From: Myxococcota bacterium
GTDB taxonomy: Bacteria > Myxococcota > JACRCW01
Direction: 5' to 3'
Length of the DNA: 64,000 nucleotides
NCBI GenBank assembly: GCA_040752415.1
Contig: JBFMGU010000001.1
Span: 32,001 to 96,000, forward strand
The translations under genes and the position numbers were made by a program. This document shows, piece after piece, positions 29,073 through 38,570 of this stretch (position 1 is the first letter of the stretch; every line of letters begins with the position of its first letter). A model generated the notes under the pieces. The model had not been told where the DNA came from. It saw only the letters and a program-made list of their open reading frames with translations, and ran no database searches.

Positions 29073-29873
29073 TCAGGCCGCCCCCAGCCCCAGCAACTGC
29101 GGAACGGTCACCATGCCCGGACCTCGTCCCGCCAGGCGCGCGGCGAGGATGAGCGCCCCCCGCGCAAACGTGTCACGACTGTGCGCCCGGTGGGTCAGCT
29201 CCAGCCGTTCTCCGTCGCCATAGAGCGCCACGGTGTGATCCCCCACGACGTCACCGCCGCGCAGCGACGCCATCCCGATGCTCCCCGTCTCCCGCGCGCC
29301 GTGCACGCTGGCACGGGAGGGCACCATGACGTCCTTGAGCTGCACCCCACGACCCTCGGCCGCGGCCCCCGCGAGCAACAACGCCGTCCCGCTGGGCGCG
29401 TCCTTCTTGTGCCGATGGTGCGTCTCCACCACTTCCACGTCGTACTCGCGCAATGTTGCCGCCGCTTGACGCACCAGGTGCGCGAGCACCCAGACCCCTG
29501 CGCTGAGGTTCGGCGCCACGCACACCGCCACGCGCTGGGACGCTTCCTGCAGCGCGGAGCGCGCGGTGTCGTCGAGACCGGTGGCCGCCATGAGCAACGG
29601 CTTCCCCTGGCGCGCCGCCTCCTTCGCGTGCGCAGTCGCGGCGGCACCCAGGCTCACATCCAGGATCACGTCGCAGCCCGACCAATCCACGCCGTCACCG
29701 GAGTAGCCCAGGCCCGCGGGTCCGCCGGGAACGGCCTGGCCCACCAGTGCGCTGCCCGGTCGCACCGTCGCCAACGTCACGCGGCCTGATGTCCACCCGG
29801 TTGACAATTGCACCACGCGCGAGCCCAGCCGACCCGCGGCGCCGAGGACGCCCAGTCGGACCTCAGAGGCCAT
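29073..29873 (-). CDS. dapB: 4-hydroxy-tetrahydrodipicolinate reductase
   Basis: LGAAGRLG, APNLSAGV, ETHHRHKKDAPSGTA, LRGGDVVGDH, HRAHSRDTFARGA; true start MASEV at 29873. Confidence 0.95.
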   Translation of the reverse strand: MASEVRLGVLGAAGRLGSRVVQLSTGWTSGRVTLATVRPGSALVGQAVPGGPAGLGYSGDGVDWSGCDVILDVSLGAAATAHAKEAARQGKPLLMAATGLDDTARSALQEASQRVAVCVAPNLSAGVWVLAHLVRQAAATLREYDVEVVETHHRHKKDAPSGTALLLAGAAAEGRGVQLKDVMVPSRASVHGARETGSIGMASLRGGDVVGDHTVALYGDGERLELTHRAHSRDTFARGALILAARLAGRGPGMVTVPQLLGLGAA

Positions 29874-30756
29874 GCTTGATGTCCACGCCCAGCTTCTTGA
29901 GCTCGGTGAGCAGCGCCTGGCGCTTGTCCGCGGCCATGGGCACCAGGGGAAGACGCCACTCCTCGCGAATGAGTCCCATGGCGGCGAGCGCGGTCTTGAC
30001 GGGGATGGGGCTCGTGTCGCTGAAGAGCAGGCGCGCGAAGGGCAGGGTGCGCGGAGCAATGGCGCTGGCCTCCGCCACGTTTCCGCTGTTCCACGCGTCG
30101 CACATCTTCGCCATGTCGCGCGCGATGAGGTGCGTGGTCACGCTGATGACACCCTTGCCGCCCACGGCCAGCGTCGGGAGGACCAGGCCGTCCTCGCCGG
30201 AGAGCACGCTGAAGGTCTTGGGGAGCGCAACACACATCTCGTGCATGCGCTGCAGGTTGGCGCTGGCGTCCTTGAGCCCCACGATGTTCGGCGTCTGGGC
30301 GAGCTTCAGGACCACGTCGGCGGACATGTCCACGCCGGTGCGACCGGGGACGTTGTACAGGATGACGGGGAGCCTGGTGGCCTGCGCCACGGCCTGGAAG
30401 TGCGCGGTGAGACCGGCGGAATTCGGCTTCACGTAGTACGGCGTGACGGCGAGCAGCCCGTCGACACCGGCCTCCGCGCACAGCCTGGCCAGCTCCACGC
30501 TCTTGTGGGTGGCGGGGCTGCCCACGCCGGCAATCACCGGCACATTGCCCTTGGCGGTCTTCACCACGTGTTTCACCACCGCCACGTGCTCCTCGACGCT
30601 GAGCGCGGCGGCCTCGCCGGTGGTCCCGCAGGGAACCAGGCCGTGGATTCCGTCGGCAATCTGCTGGCGCACCACGCGCTCCAGCGCTTCAAAGTCGACC
30701 GCGCCGTCCTTGAACGGCGTGACCATGGCGGTGAGGGCACCTTCAAACTGACGCAT
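29863..30756 (-). CDS. dapA: 4-hydroxy-tetrahydrodipicolinate synthase
   Basis: ALTAMVTPF, PCGTTGE, VTPYYVKP, LYNVPGRTG, GLKDAS, SPIPVK. Confidence 0.95.
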   Translation of the reverse strand: MRQFEGALTAMVTPFKDGAVDFEALERVVRQQIADGIHGLVPCGTTGEAAALSVEEHVAVVKHVVKTAKGNVPVIAGVGSPATHKSVELARLCAEAGVDGLLAVTPYYVKPNSAGLTAHFQAVAQATRLPVILYNVPGRTGVDMSADVVLKLAQTPNIVGLKDASANLQRMHEMCVALPKTFSVLSGEDGLVLPTLAVGGKGVISVTTHLIARDMAKMCDAWNSGNVAEASAIAPRTLPFARLLFSDTSPIPVKTALAAMGLIREEWRLPLVPMAADKRQALLTELKKLGVDIKHGL

Positions 30757-30767
30757 GACTGCTCCCA

Positions 30768-32024
30768 TCAATCCGGCATGGCGCGCTCATGCGCCAGCAG
30801 GTCCTCGTACGTCTCGCGGCTGCGGATGCAGAACGCGCGACCACCGTCCACCATCACCTCCGCGGGACGGGGGCGGCTGTTGTAGTTGGAAGCCATGGAA
30901 AATCCATAGGCCCCCGCGCTCATCACGCAGATGAGGTCTCCGGCGGCCAGCGGCGGCAGCGTGCGGTCGCGCGCAATGAAGTCTGCGGATTCACACACCG
31001 GCCCCACCACGTCGACGGTGGTCTGCGGCGCATCCGCGGATGCCTGGCGCACCGGCAGCACCTGGTGCCACGCGCTGTAGAGGGCAGGGCGCATGAGGTC
31101 GTTCATTCCGACGTCGGTGATGACAAAGGTCTTCACCCCGTTGTCCTTCACGTACAACACCCGACCCAGCAGCACGCCCGCGTTTCCCACGATCACGCGG
31201 CCCGGCTCCAGGATCACCGAGAGGCCCGAGTCACCCACCGCCTCGGCGAGCACACGCGCGTATTCCGCGGGATTGGGCGGCGTCTCGTCGCGGTAGGTGA
31301 TTCCCAGGCCGCCGCCAAAGCTGATCTCGCGGACGGGATGGCCGGCGCTGCGCAGCTCACGTGCAAACCCCACCACCTTGTGCGCCGCCTCGCGGATGGG
31401 CGGGAGTTGCGTGATCTGGCTGCCAATGTGGCAGGCCACGCCGTGGAGACGCAGCCCCTTGCGACGACGGATGTCCTCCACCAGCGACACCGCCTGCGCC
31501 ATGGGAATCCCGAACTTGTTGGTCCGCATTCCCGTCGAGATGTACGGGTGCGTGGCCGCGTCGACGTCGGGGTTGACGCGCAGGGAGACGGACGCCACAC
31601 GACCCAGCTGCTGCGCCACGGAATCCAGGAGCTCCATCTCCGGCGCGCTCTCGAGGTGGAACGCACGGATGCCGGCCTGCAGCGCCTGCCGCATCTCGTC
31701 TGCGGTCTTCCCCACGCCGCTGAACACGATGCGCTCTCCGGGGATGCCGGCCTTCAGCGCGCGGTACAGCTCACCGCCACTGACGACGTCAGCGCCCGCG
31801 CCCATGCGTCCCAGCGTCTCCAGCACGCCCAGCGAGGGGTTGGCCTTGACCGCAAAGCAGACCACGCGCGGGTGACTCCCCAGCGCCTCATCCATCACGC
31901 GGAAGTGACGACGGAGCGTGGCCCGTGCGTAGACGTACGTGGGGGTTCCGTGGGCGGCGGCAAGGTCCGTGAGCGGAACGTCTTCAGCGTGGAGGACGCC
32001 GTCGCGGTAGGCGAAGTGATGCAC
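30768..32024 (-). CDS. lysA: Diaminopimelate decarboxylase
   Basis: GTPTYVY, FAVKAN (PLP Lys), HPYISTG..NKFG, HIGSQI, EPGR, GPVCESAD, GAYGFSMASNYNSRPRPAEV; GTG start with AAGGAG RBS. Confidence 0.96.
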   Translation of the reverse strand: MHHFAYRDGVLHAEDVPLTDLAAAHGTPTYVYARATLRRHFRVMDEALGSHPRVVCFAVKANPSLGVLETLGRMGAGADVVSGGELYRALKAGIPGERIVFSGVGKTADEMRQALQAGIRAFHLESAPEMELLDSVAQQLGRVASVSLRVNPDVDAATHPYISTGMRTNKFGIPMAQAVSLVEDIRRRKGLRLHGVACHIGSQITQLPPIREAAHKVVGFARELRSAGHPVREISFGGGLGITYRDETPPNPAEYARVLAEAVGDSGLSVILEPGRVIVGNAGVLLGRVLYVKDNGVKTFVITDVGMNDLMRPALYSAWHQVLPVRQASADAPQTTVDVVGPVCESADFIARDRTLPPLAAGDLICVMSAGAYGFSMASNYNSRPRPAEVMVDGGRAFCIRSRETYEDLLAHERAMPD

Positions 32025-32089
32025 GGGCGGCTCCTTAGCAGGGCGTGGACCGGGTTTCACAGGGGCGTGGGCGGGAGTACCGTGGCCCC

Positions 32090-33538
32090 ATGCGCATGCG
32101 TCTCGGGGTGGTGCTGCTGCTGATGGGGGCGGCGTGTCCGCAGCAGGAGAAGCCGGAGCCGTCGCCCCAGGTGGCCGTTGAGGTGGAGAAGAGCACGCTG
32201 ACGGCGGACGGCGTGGACCAGACCACCGTCACCGCCACCTTCACCGAGAAGGTCTCGCGTGACGTCGTGGTGCGCTTCACCACCTCGGCGGGAATCCTCA
32301 CGGCCTCCGCGGTGCCGCTGCGCGACGGCAAGGCCAGCACCATCCTCGTCGCAGACCGCGAGCAGGACATGGGTGACGACGAGGAGAAGAACGTCACGCT
32401 GCGCGCCATCGTGGAGCTCAGCGACAACCAGGTGGTCACGAACACCACGCTGGTCACCTTCCGCGTCCCGGCGTTCGGTCAGCCGCTGATCTTCCTGGAG
32501 GCGCGACCCCCCGCGGTGGAAGCGGACGGCGTCTCGACGGTGGAGATGGTCGCCACCGCTCGACGCATGGCCGCCGGCACGCCCGTGACGTGGACCACCA
32601 CCGCGGGAACGCTCGCGGGCGTGACCTCGCAGATCGCCGCCAACCCCGACGGAACATTCACCACCAGCATGCAGCTCACCGCCGCGGCGGAGCCGGTCAA
32701 CGCGCGCGTGACGGTGAAGGACCCCTCCAGTGGCGCGGAGGCGTTCGCGCTGGTCAGCTTTGTCCCCGCCGGCGCGCCGCAGTTTGACCTGACGGGGACG
32801 TTCGCGGAGCTGGCGCTGGTCCGTGTGAAGCTCTCCGCCAACACGCTGCGGCCCAATCCCCAGTGCGTGCTGGCGCCGAGCATCCTGCGCGTGCAGTTCA
32901 CCCAGAACGACCACGACGTCACCGCGCGCTTCAAGACGTGCATGGTGACGCTGCCGCCCGTGACGTCGATTGCCGGGACGGTGACCAACGAGACGCCGCC
33001 CGCGTTCCTCAACGCCATTCCCGAGGTGGAGGACCACATCACGCTGGAGGAGACGGTGTTGGGCGCGGAGCTGCACTTCCCTCCGTCGGTGGTGGTGGTG
33101 GGCGCGGAGCTTTCCGACCCGGCCAACGACCCGCTCCCCACCGACGAGGATGACTCCCGCGTGCGCGACTCCGACGGAGACGGGCAGCCTGGCGTCACGG
33201 TGATCAATTCGCTGGGCGGGGAGCAGCACATCGTCTACCGCAACAAGGGCGAGAGCCGCGGGACGATTGTGTCGTCGAACAAGGTGGAGGGCGGGGACCT
33301 GGGGGACCTCACGGCGCTCACCGAGACGGCGGTGTTTGGCATCGGCGGAAGCTTCCTCCCGGAGACCATTGGCCTTCCCTCCGTGTTCCAGATGGTGCGC
33401 ATTGATGGCCTCAACGGCTCGCCCAACGTCGACAACGACGGTGACGGAGAGCTTTCCTGCCAGGAGGTGATGGACGCGCAGGCCCAGGTGTTCGACCTGC
33501 CCACGCCCAACACCCCCATCGACTGCGGGGGGATCTGA
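32090..33538 (+). CDS. Lipoprotein with two invasin/Ig-like domains and a C-terminal DxDGDG-containing domain
   Basis: Lipobox LMGAAC; two repeats of ADG..T..V.A...V.(F/W)TT.AG.L; DSDGDG and DNDGDG motifs. Confidence 0.6.
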   Translation: MRMRLGVVLLLMGAACPQQEKPEPSPQVAVEVEKSTLTADGVDQTTVTATFTEKVSRDVVVRFTTSAGILTASAVPLRDGKASTILVADREQDMGDDEEKNVTLRAIVELSDNQVVTNTTLVTFRVPAFGQPLIFLEARPPAVEADGVSTVEMVATARRMAAGTPVTWTTTAGTLAGVTSQIAANPDGTFTTSMQLTAAAEPVNARVTVKDPSSGAEAFALVSFVPAGAPQFDLTGTFAELALVRVKLSANTLRPNPQCVLAPSILRVQFTQNDHDVTARFKTCMVTLPPVTSIAGTVTNETPPAFLNAIPEVEDHITLEETVLGAELHFPPSVVVVGAELSDPANDPLPTDEDDSRVRDSDGDGQPGVTVINSLGGEQHIVYRNKGESRGTIVSSNKVEGGDLGDLTALTETAVFGIGGSFLPETIGLPSVFQMVRIDGLNGSPNVDNDGDGELSCQEVMDAQAQVFDLPTPNTPIDCGGI

Positions 33539-34839
33539 TGCGCGCGCGTCTGGTGTTGTGTGGCGTGGTGATCTCGGCGTGCGGCGTGGGCCAGCAGGAG
33601 GACCCGCCGCGGATCCTCGACGTGCAGTCCAACCAGGAGCCGGTGGCGGTGATGGAGGCGCCGGCGGAGATCGCGGCGGGCGTCGAGTTCTCCGTCGACG
33701 GAAACGCCAGCTTCGACATCGACGGGACGGTGGTGGAGCACTCCTGGAACCTCGGAACGGGCGCGGAGTCGGTGACCGGGCCTCAGGCCACGTTCCGCTA
33801 CACGGAGCAGGGCCTGTTCACCTTGGAGCTGCGCGTGACCGACAACGGCGGCAAACGAGGTCGAGCGCGCAAACGCATCAAGGTGCTGGCTCCGCCCGAT
33901 CCCAACCCGCCCACCGTCGAGCCGCTGCTGGCGTCCGTGGGGCAGCGAACGCTGGCGGAGAATGACGTCGTCAACAGCGGAGAGACGGTGGACGTGGTGG
34001 TGCAGGCCTCCGACGCGGAGAGCAACGTCACCAGCGTGGACCTCACGGCCGAGGGCGCGCTGGGTGCGGTGCCGGTCAACCTGGTGCAGGCCAGTCTCAG
34101 CGGGAACTCCGGGACGGCGCGTTTTTCCGTCGTGGTTCCGGAGGCCGCGGGCCAACTGCGTCTTTCCGGAACCGCGCAGGACGCGTACGGCAATTCCTCC
34201 ACCCCCTCGACGCTGACGCTGCGCGCCGTGCTCGCCGGCTCGGACACCGACGGTGACGGACTTCCCGACGGAAACGACCCGCTTCCCGACGCGTTCAATG
34301 GCCTGCAGGCGCGTGTCTACCAACTGGAGAGCGTGCCGCGGGACCTGCTGCAGCGACAGAAGGCGGAGGACGTCGTGGAAACCGTGCGCGCCGGGACGCC
34401 GGCCTTCACTGCGAATGTGACCCAGGGTTTCCTGCGCTCCCCTCCGTCGAGCGGCGCGGTGAACACACTGCCCGGCCTGGAGGGCGCGCCCACCGTGGCG
34501 ACGAAGTTCGCCGTCCTCTACGGCGGGACGTTGCGGACTCCGCCGGGCGCCACCACGGTCACCGTCGAGGTGGGCGCGGATGACATCGGTGTGGTCTTCC
34601 TGGGCGGTGAGCCCCGCGCCTCCGCCGACGAGGAGTACGCGCGCGACTTCTTCCGCACCGACCGCATTCCCGCCGTGAGCGAGCCGGTGTCACTGACGGG
34701 GACCACCACGCCGGTGGAGATCCTCGTCGCCAATGACGACGGGCCCCACGCGTGGGAGGTGAAGTTTACCTTCAGCGACGGAACAGAGACCGTGCTTGGC
34801 CCCGAGCAAGTGGGGCAGGCACAGTTCCTGGCTCCATGA
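33538..34839 (+). CDS. Lipoprotein with PKD domain, Ig-like domain, TSP3-like motif and PA14-like C-terminal domain
   Basis: Lipobox VISAC; DGNASFDIDGTVVEHSWNLG..LRVTDNGG (PKD); DTDGDGLPDGNDPLP; GADDIGVVFLGG (PA14-like); TGATG overlap with the upstream gene. Confidence 0.6.
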   Translation: MRARLVLCGVVISACGVGQQEDPPRILDVQSNQEPVAVMEAPAEIAAGVEFSVDGNASFDIDGTVVEHSWNLGTGAESVTGPQATFRYTEQGLFTLELRVTDNGGKRGRARKRIKVLAPPDPNPPTVEPLLASVGQRTLAENDVVNSGETVDVVVQASDAESNVTSVDLTAEGALGAVPVNLVQASLSGNSGTARFSVVVPEAAGQLRLSGTAQDAYGNSSTPSTLTLRAVLAGSDTDGDGLPDGNDPLPDAFNGLQARVYQLESVPRDLLQRQKAEDVVETVRAGTPAFTANVTQGFLRSPPSSGAVNTLPGLEGAPTVATKFAVLYGGTLRTPPGATTVTVEVGADDIGVVFLGGEPRASADEEYARDFFRTDRIPAVSEPVSLTGTTTPVEILVANDDGPHAWEVKFTFSDGTETVLGPEQVGQAQFLAP

Positions 34840-34863
34840 CGAAGAGGTCAATGCCGAGTCCAA

Positions 34864-35018
34864 CCCTGGAGTGCGGTGCCAACAGGTCCACGCGCTCCAG
34901 GGGACCAGCACCGCCCTGGGTTGAACCAGCGGTTCACCGACGGGCAACCCTCGACGACAATCCAGGGCGGTGCTTCACGTCGTGGCGCGCTCAAGCAGGG
35001 TCGCACCGCACTCCAGGG
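34864..35018. repeat. REP/REPIN-like nested inverted-repeat element between convergent genes
   Basis: Perfect 16-bp IR CCCTGGAGTGCGGTGC (34864-34879) / GCACCGCACTCCAGGG (35003-35018); inner 13-bp IR AGCACCGCCCTGG (34907-34919) / CCAGGGCGGTGCT (34962-34974). Confidence 0.75.
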
Positions 35019-35052
35019 CGCCGCTCACCCGCCGACCCACTTCGTGACTCGG

Positions 35053-37698
35053 TTACGGCAGGAGCGAATCCACGCGGCTCAGCGCCTCGTCCAGCTTGTC
35101 CTTGTTGGGACCGCCGGCCTGCGCCATGTCCGCTTTGCCACCGCCACGACCACCCACCACCTCCGCCATCGCCGCCACCAGCTTGCCGGCGTTGATCTTG
35201 TCGGTGAGGTCCTTGGTCACGGCCACCAGCAGCGCGGCCTTCTCGTCCTTGTTGCTGCCCAGCGCCACCACGCCGCTCTGCAGCTTGTCGCGCACCTTGT
35301 CGGCCAGCTCGCGCAGGCCCTTGGCGTCCAGGTCGTCCTGGCGGTGCACCACCACGTTCACGCCCCGCACCTTGCGCGCGTTCTGCACCAATGCGCCCGC
35401 GCCCGCAGCCGCCGCCTTGGACTGGTCGGCCTCACGCGCCTTCACCAGCGCCTTGTAGTCGTTGGTGAGCTTCTCCACGCGCTCGGCAACTTCCGCCGGG
35501 CTGGTCTTCAACGTCGCGGCGGCCTTGCGCAGCTCACGCTCCATCTGCTGCACGTGCGCCAACGCCACGCGACCCGCCACCGCCTCCATGCGACGCACGC
35601 CCGCCGCCAGCGGTCCCTCACTCACCACCTTGAAGAGGCCAATGTCGCCGGTGCGACGCACGTGCGTGCCACCGCACAGCTCCACCGAGTTCTCACCCAG
35701 GCGCAGCATGCGGACCTCGTCGCCGTACTTCTCGCCGAAGAGGGCCACCGCACCCTTGGCACGCGCGGCGTCAAAGCTGGTGACCTCCGTCTGCGCTTCC
35801 GCGTTCTGCAGCACCCAGCGGTTCACCAGGTCCTCGATCGCCGCCATCTGCTCGTCGGTGACGGGCTGGAAGTGCGAGTAGTCAAAGCGCAGCCGGTCCG
35901 GCGCCACCAGGGAGCCCGCCTGCTTGACGTGGTCGCCCAGGACCTTCTTGAGCGCGGCGTGGAGCAGGTGCGTGGCGCTGTGGTGCGCGCGCACGTTGTC
36001 CCGACGGTCGGCGTCCACCTTCAAGGTCAGCTTGTCACCCACCTTCACGGAGCCCTGCTTGACCTCGGCGTGATGCACAATGACGTCGGAATACTTCCTG
36101 GTGTCGGTGACCTGCAGCTTCACGCCGCCCGCGGTGATCTCGCCGGTGTCGCCCACCTGGCCGCCGGCCTCGCCGTAGAAGGGTGTCTGGTCCATCACCA
36201 GCTCCACCTTGCCGGAGGAGACGCTCTCCACGTCCTTCCCGCCGACGAGGAGCGCCTTGACGGTGCCCTGCGCCTCGGTGGTCTCGTAGCCCAGGAACTT
36301 CGTGGCGCCGTGCTTGTTGCGCAGGCCCTTGTAGACCTCGGCAATGCCCTCCAGGCCCAGGCCGCCCGCGGCGCTGACCTTCTCGTGCTCCTCCTTCGCC
36401 TTCTCGAAGCCCTTCTCGTCGACGACGAAGCCCTTGTCGCGACCGATGACCTGCGTGAGGTCCACCGGGAAGCCGTAGGTGGCGTACAGGTTCCACGCCG
36501 CGTCGCCGGGCATGATCTTCTGGTTGCCCTCCTGCTTCCACGCGCTGAACTCGTCAATGAGCTTGAGGCCCTTGGACAGCGTCCTGCGGAACGCTTCCTC
36601 CTCCTGCTGCGCCGTCTTCAGGATGAGGCTCCGGTTCTCCTGCAGCTCGGGGTAGATGTCCTTCATCAGGTCCACCACGCGGCCGCACGCGCGGTCGAAG
36701 AACACGTCCTTGTAGCCAAGCTGGTCGCCGAACTTGATGGCGCGCCGCATGATGCGACGGAGCACGTACCCGCGACCCTCATTGGAAGGCATCACGCCGT
36801 CGGCCATCAGGAAGCTGCATGCGCGGCTGTGGTCGGCAATCACGCGCATGGCCACGTCGTCCAGGCTGTCGGAGGAGCTGTACTTCTTCTTGACCTCCTC
36901 GCAGGTGGCGTCGATGAGCGGCTTGAACAGGTCGCTGTCGTAGTTGGACGCGTAGCCGCCCAGCACCATGGCCCAACGCTCCAGGCCGCCACCGGTGTCA
37001 ATGGAGGGCTTCGGGAGCGGCTTCATCGTCCCGTCGGCGAAGCGCTGGTACTGCATGAAGACCAGGTTCCAGATCTCCAGGATGCGGTCGCCTTCCGGGT
37101 CGTCGCCACCAAACGCGCCCTTCACCACGCCGCGGTCGAAGTGGATCTCGCTGCAGGGACCGCAGGGGCCGGTGTCGCCCATCTGCCAGAAGTTGTCCTT
37201 CTTGCCCTCGTATCGGATGCGGCTCTCCGGGATGCCCATCTTCTTCCAGATGCCCGCCGCCTCGTCGTCACGCGGGATGCCGTCCTCACCCTTGAACACG
37301 GTGATGTGCATGCGGCCCACGTCCAGGCCGATGTCGCGCGTCAGCAGCTCATACGCGTACGCAATGGCGTCTTCCTTGAAGTAGTCGCCAAAGGAGAAGT
37401 TGCCGAGCATCTCGAAGAACGTGTGATGCCGCGCCGTGCGACCCACGTTCTCGAGGTCATTGTGCTTCCCGCCGGCGCGCACGCACTTCTGGCTGGTGGC
37501 GGCGCGCGTGTAGTCGCGCTTCTCGTCGCCGGTGAAGATGTCCTTGAACTGCACCATGCCGGCGTTCGTGAACAACAACGTGGGATCGTTGACGGGGATG
37601 AGGCTGCTGCTCTTCACCACGCGGTGCCCACGCCCGGCAAAGTAGTCCAGGAACGTCTTGCGGATTTCAGTGCTCTTGGTGGGCTTGGACGAGGACAT
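35053..37698 (-). CDS. alaS: Alanine--tRNA ligase
   Basis: DPTLLFTNAGMVQFK, HHTFFEMLGNFSFGDYFK, WQMGDTGPCGPCSEI, HSATHLLH and ELCGGTH editing motifs, GGRGGGKADMAQAGG; start MSSSKP with CAGGAG RBS. Confidence 0.98.
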   Translation of the reverse strand: MSSSKPTKSTEIRKTFLDYFAGRGHRVVKSSSLIPVNDPTLLFTNAGMVQFKDIFTGDEKRDYTRAATSQKCVRAGGKHNDLENVGRTARHHTFFEMLGNFSFGDYFKEDAIAYAYELLTRDIGLDVGRMHITVFKGEDGIPRDDEAAGIWKKMGIPESRIRYEGKKDNFWQMGDTGPCGPCSEIHFDRGVVKGAFGGDDPEGDRILEIWNLVFMQYQRFADGTMKPLPKPSIDTGGGLERWAMVLGGYASNYDSDLFKPLIDATCEEVKKKYSSSDSLDDVAMRVIADHSRACSFLMADGVMPSNEGRGYVLRRIMRRAIKFGDQLGYKDVFFDRACGRVVDLMKDIYPELQENRSLILKTAQQEEEAFRRTLSKGLKLIDEFSAWKQEGNQKIMPGDAAWNLYATYGFPVDLTQVIGRDKGFVVDEKGFEKAKEEHEKVSAAGGLGLEGIAEVYKGLRNKHGATKFLGYETTEAQGTVKALLVGGKDVESVSSGKVELVMDQTPFYGEAGGQVGDTGEITAGGVKLQVTDTRKYSDVIVHHAEVKQGSVKVGDKLTLKVDADRRDNVRAHHSATHLLHAALKKVLGDHVKQAGSLVAPDRLRFDYSHFQPVTDEQMAAIEDLVNRWVLQNAEAQTEVTSFDAARAKGAVALFGEKYGDEVRMLRLGENSVELCGGTHVRRTGDIGLFKVVSEGPLAAGVRRMEAVAGRVALAHVQQMERELRKAAATLKTSPAEVAERVEKLTNDYKALVKAREADQSKAAAAGAGALVQNARKVRGVNVVVHRQDDLDAKGLRELADKVRDKLQSGVVALGSNKDEKAALLVAVTKDLTDKINAGKLVAAMAEVVGGRGGGKADMAQAGGPNKDKLDEALSRVDSLLP

Positions 37699-37842
37699 GG
37701 GCAACTCCTGAAGGGCGGACCGGCCTGGGGACCGCGGGCGGAAGCGCGTAGCAAAGTCGTGGGCTTGCGGGCAACCGGCCTGTCCCCGGGAATCCCGGCG
37801 AGGTAGCAAGCCGGCCGGCCCCAGGCCACGGGAGCAGCGCCC

Positions 37843-38517
37843 ATGACCTCGTCCCCCTCCAACCCGTCCGAGCAGCAGCTGCAGGCCGCGCGCGCCGCCC
37901 TGGTGGCCTCCCTCCGCGCCCGCCGTGAGCTTGACGACGAGCGCACCCTCGCCGCCATCGCCGCCGTCCCTCGTCACCTGTTCGTCCCCGAGGCCCTGCG
38001 CCACCGCGCCTACGACGACGTCGCGCTTGCCATTGGCCACGGCCAGACCATCAGCCAGCCGCACATGGTGGCATTGATGACGCGCGCGCTGGAGCTGAAG
38101 CCCACGGACCACGTGCTCGAGGTGGGGACGGGCAGCGGGTACCAGGCCGCGGTGCTGGCGCAACTGTGTCGCTACGTGACCACGGTGGAGGTGCGGGAGG
38201 AGCTGGGCGTGCGAGCGGCGCGGACGTTGCGAAGTGCCGGCGTGCGAGGCGTGCGCGCGGTGCTGGGAGACGCCAGCGGTGGTTACGCACCCGACGCGCC
38301 CTACGACGCCATCCTGGTCACCGCCGGCGCCGACGACGTGGCACCCGGGTTGTGGGAGCAGCTCGTGCCCGGTGGTCGACTGGTGGCGCCGGTGGGGCCG
38401 GAGGACATGCAGGTGTTGGTCCGCTGGCGCAAGGTCACCGACGGAGAGCCGGAACGCCAGGAGCTCACCGCGTGCCGCTTCGTGCCGTTGGTCGGCGAGC
38501 ACGGACGAGGTGGGTGA
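37843..38517 (+). CDS. pcm: Protein-L-isoaspartate(D-aspartate) O-methyltransferase
   Basis: VPRHLFVP, AYDD.ALAIGHGQTISQPHMVA, VLEVGTGSGYQAAVL, APYDAILVTA, RFVPLV. Confidence 0.95.
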   Translation: MTSSPSNPSEQQLQAARAALVASLRARRELDDERTLAAIAAVPRHLFVPEALRHRAYDDVALAIGHGQTISQPHMVALMTRALELKPTDHVLEVGTGSGYQAAVLAQLCRYVTTVEVREELGVRAARTLRSAGVRGVRAVLGDASGGYAPDAPYDAILVTAGADDVAPGLWEQLVPGGRLVAPVGPEDMQVLVRWRKVTDGEPERQELTACRFVPLVGEHGRGG

Positions 38518-38570
38518 CCCAATTCGAACCTTCCTTGTCCGAGTCTTCAGCCCCAGGTACGGTCGTCGCC

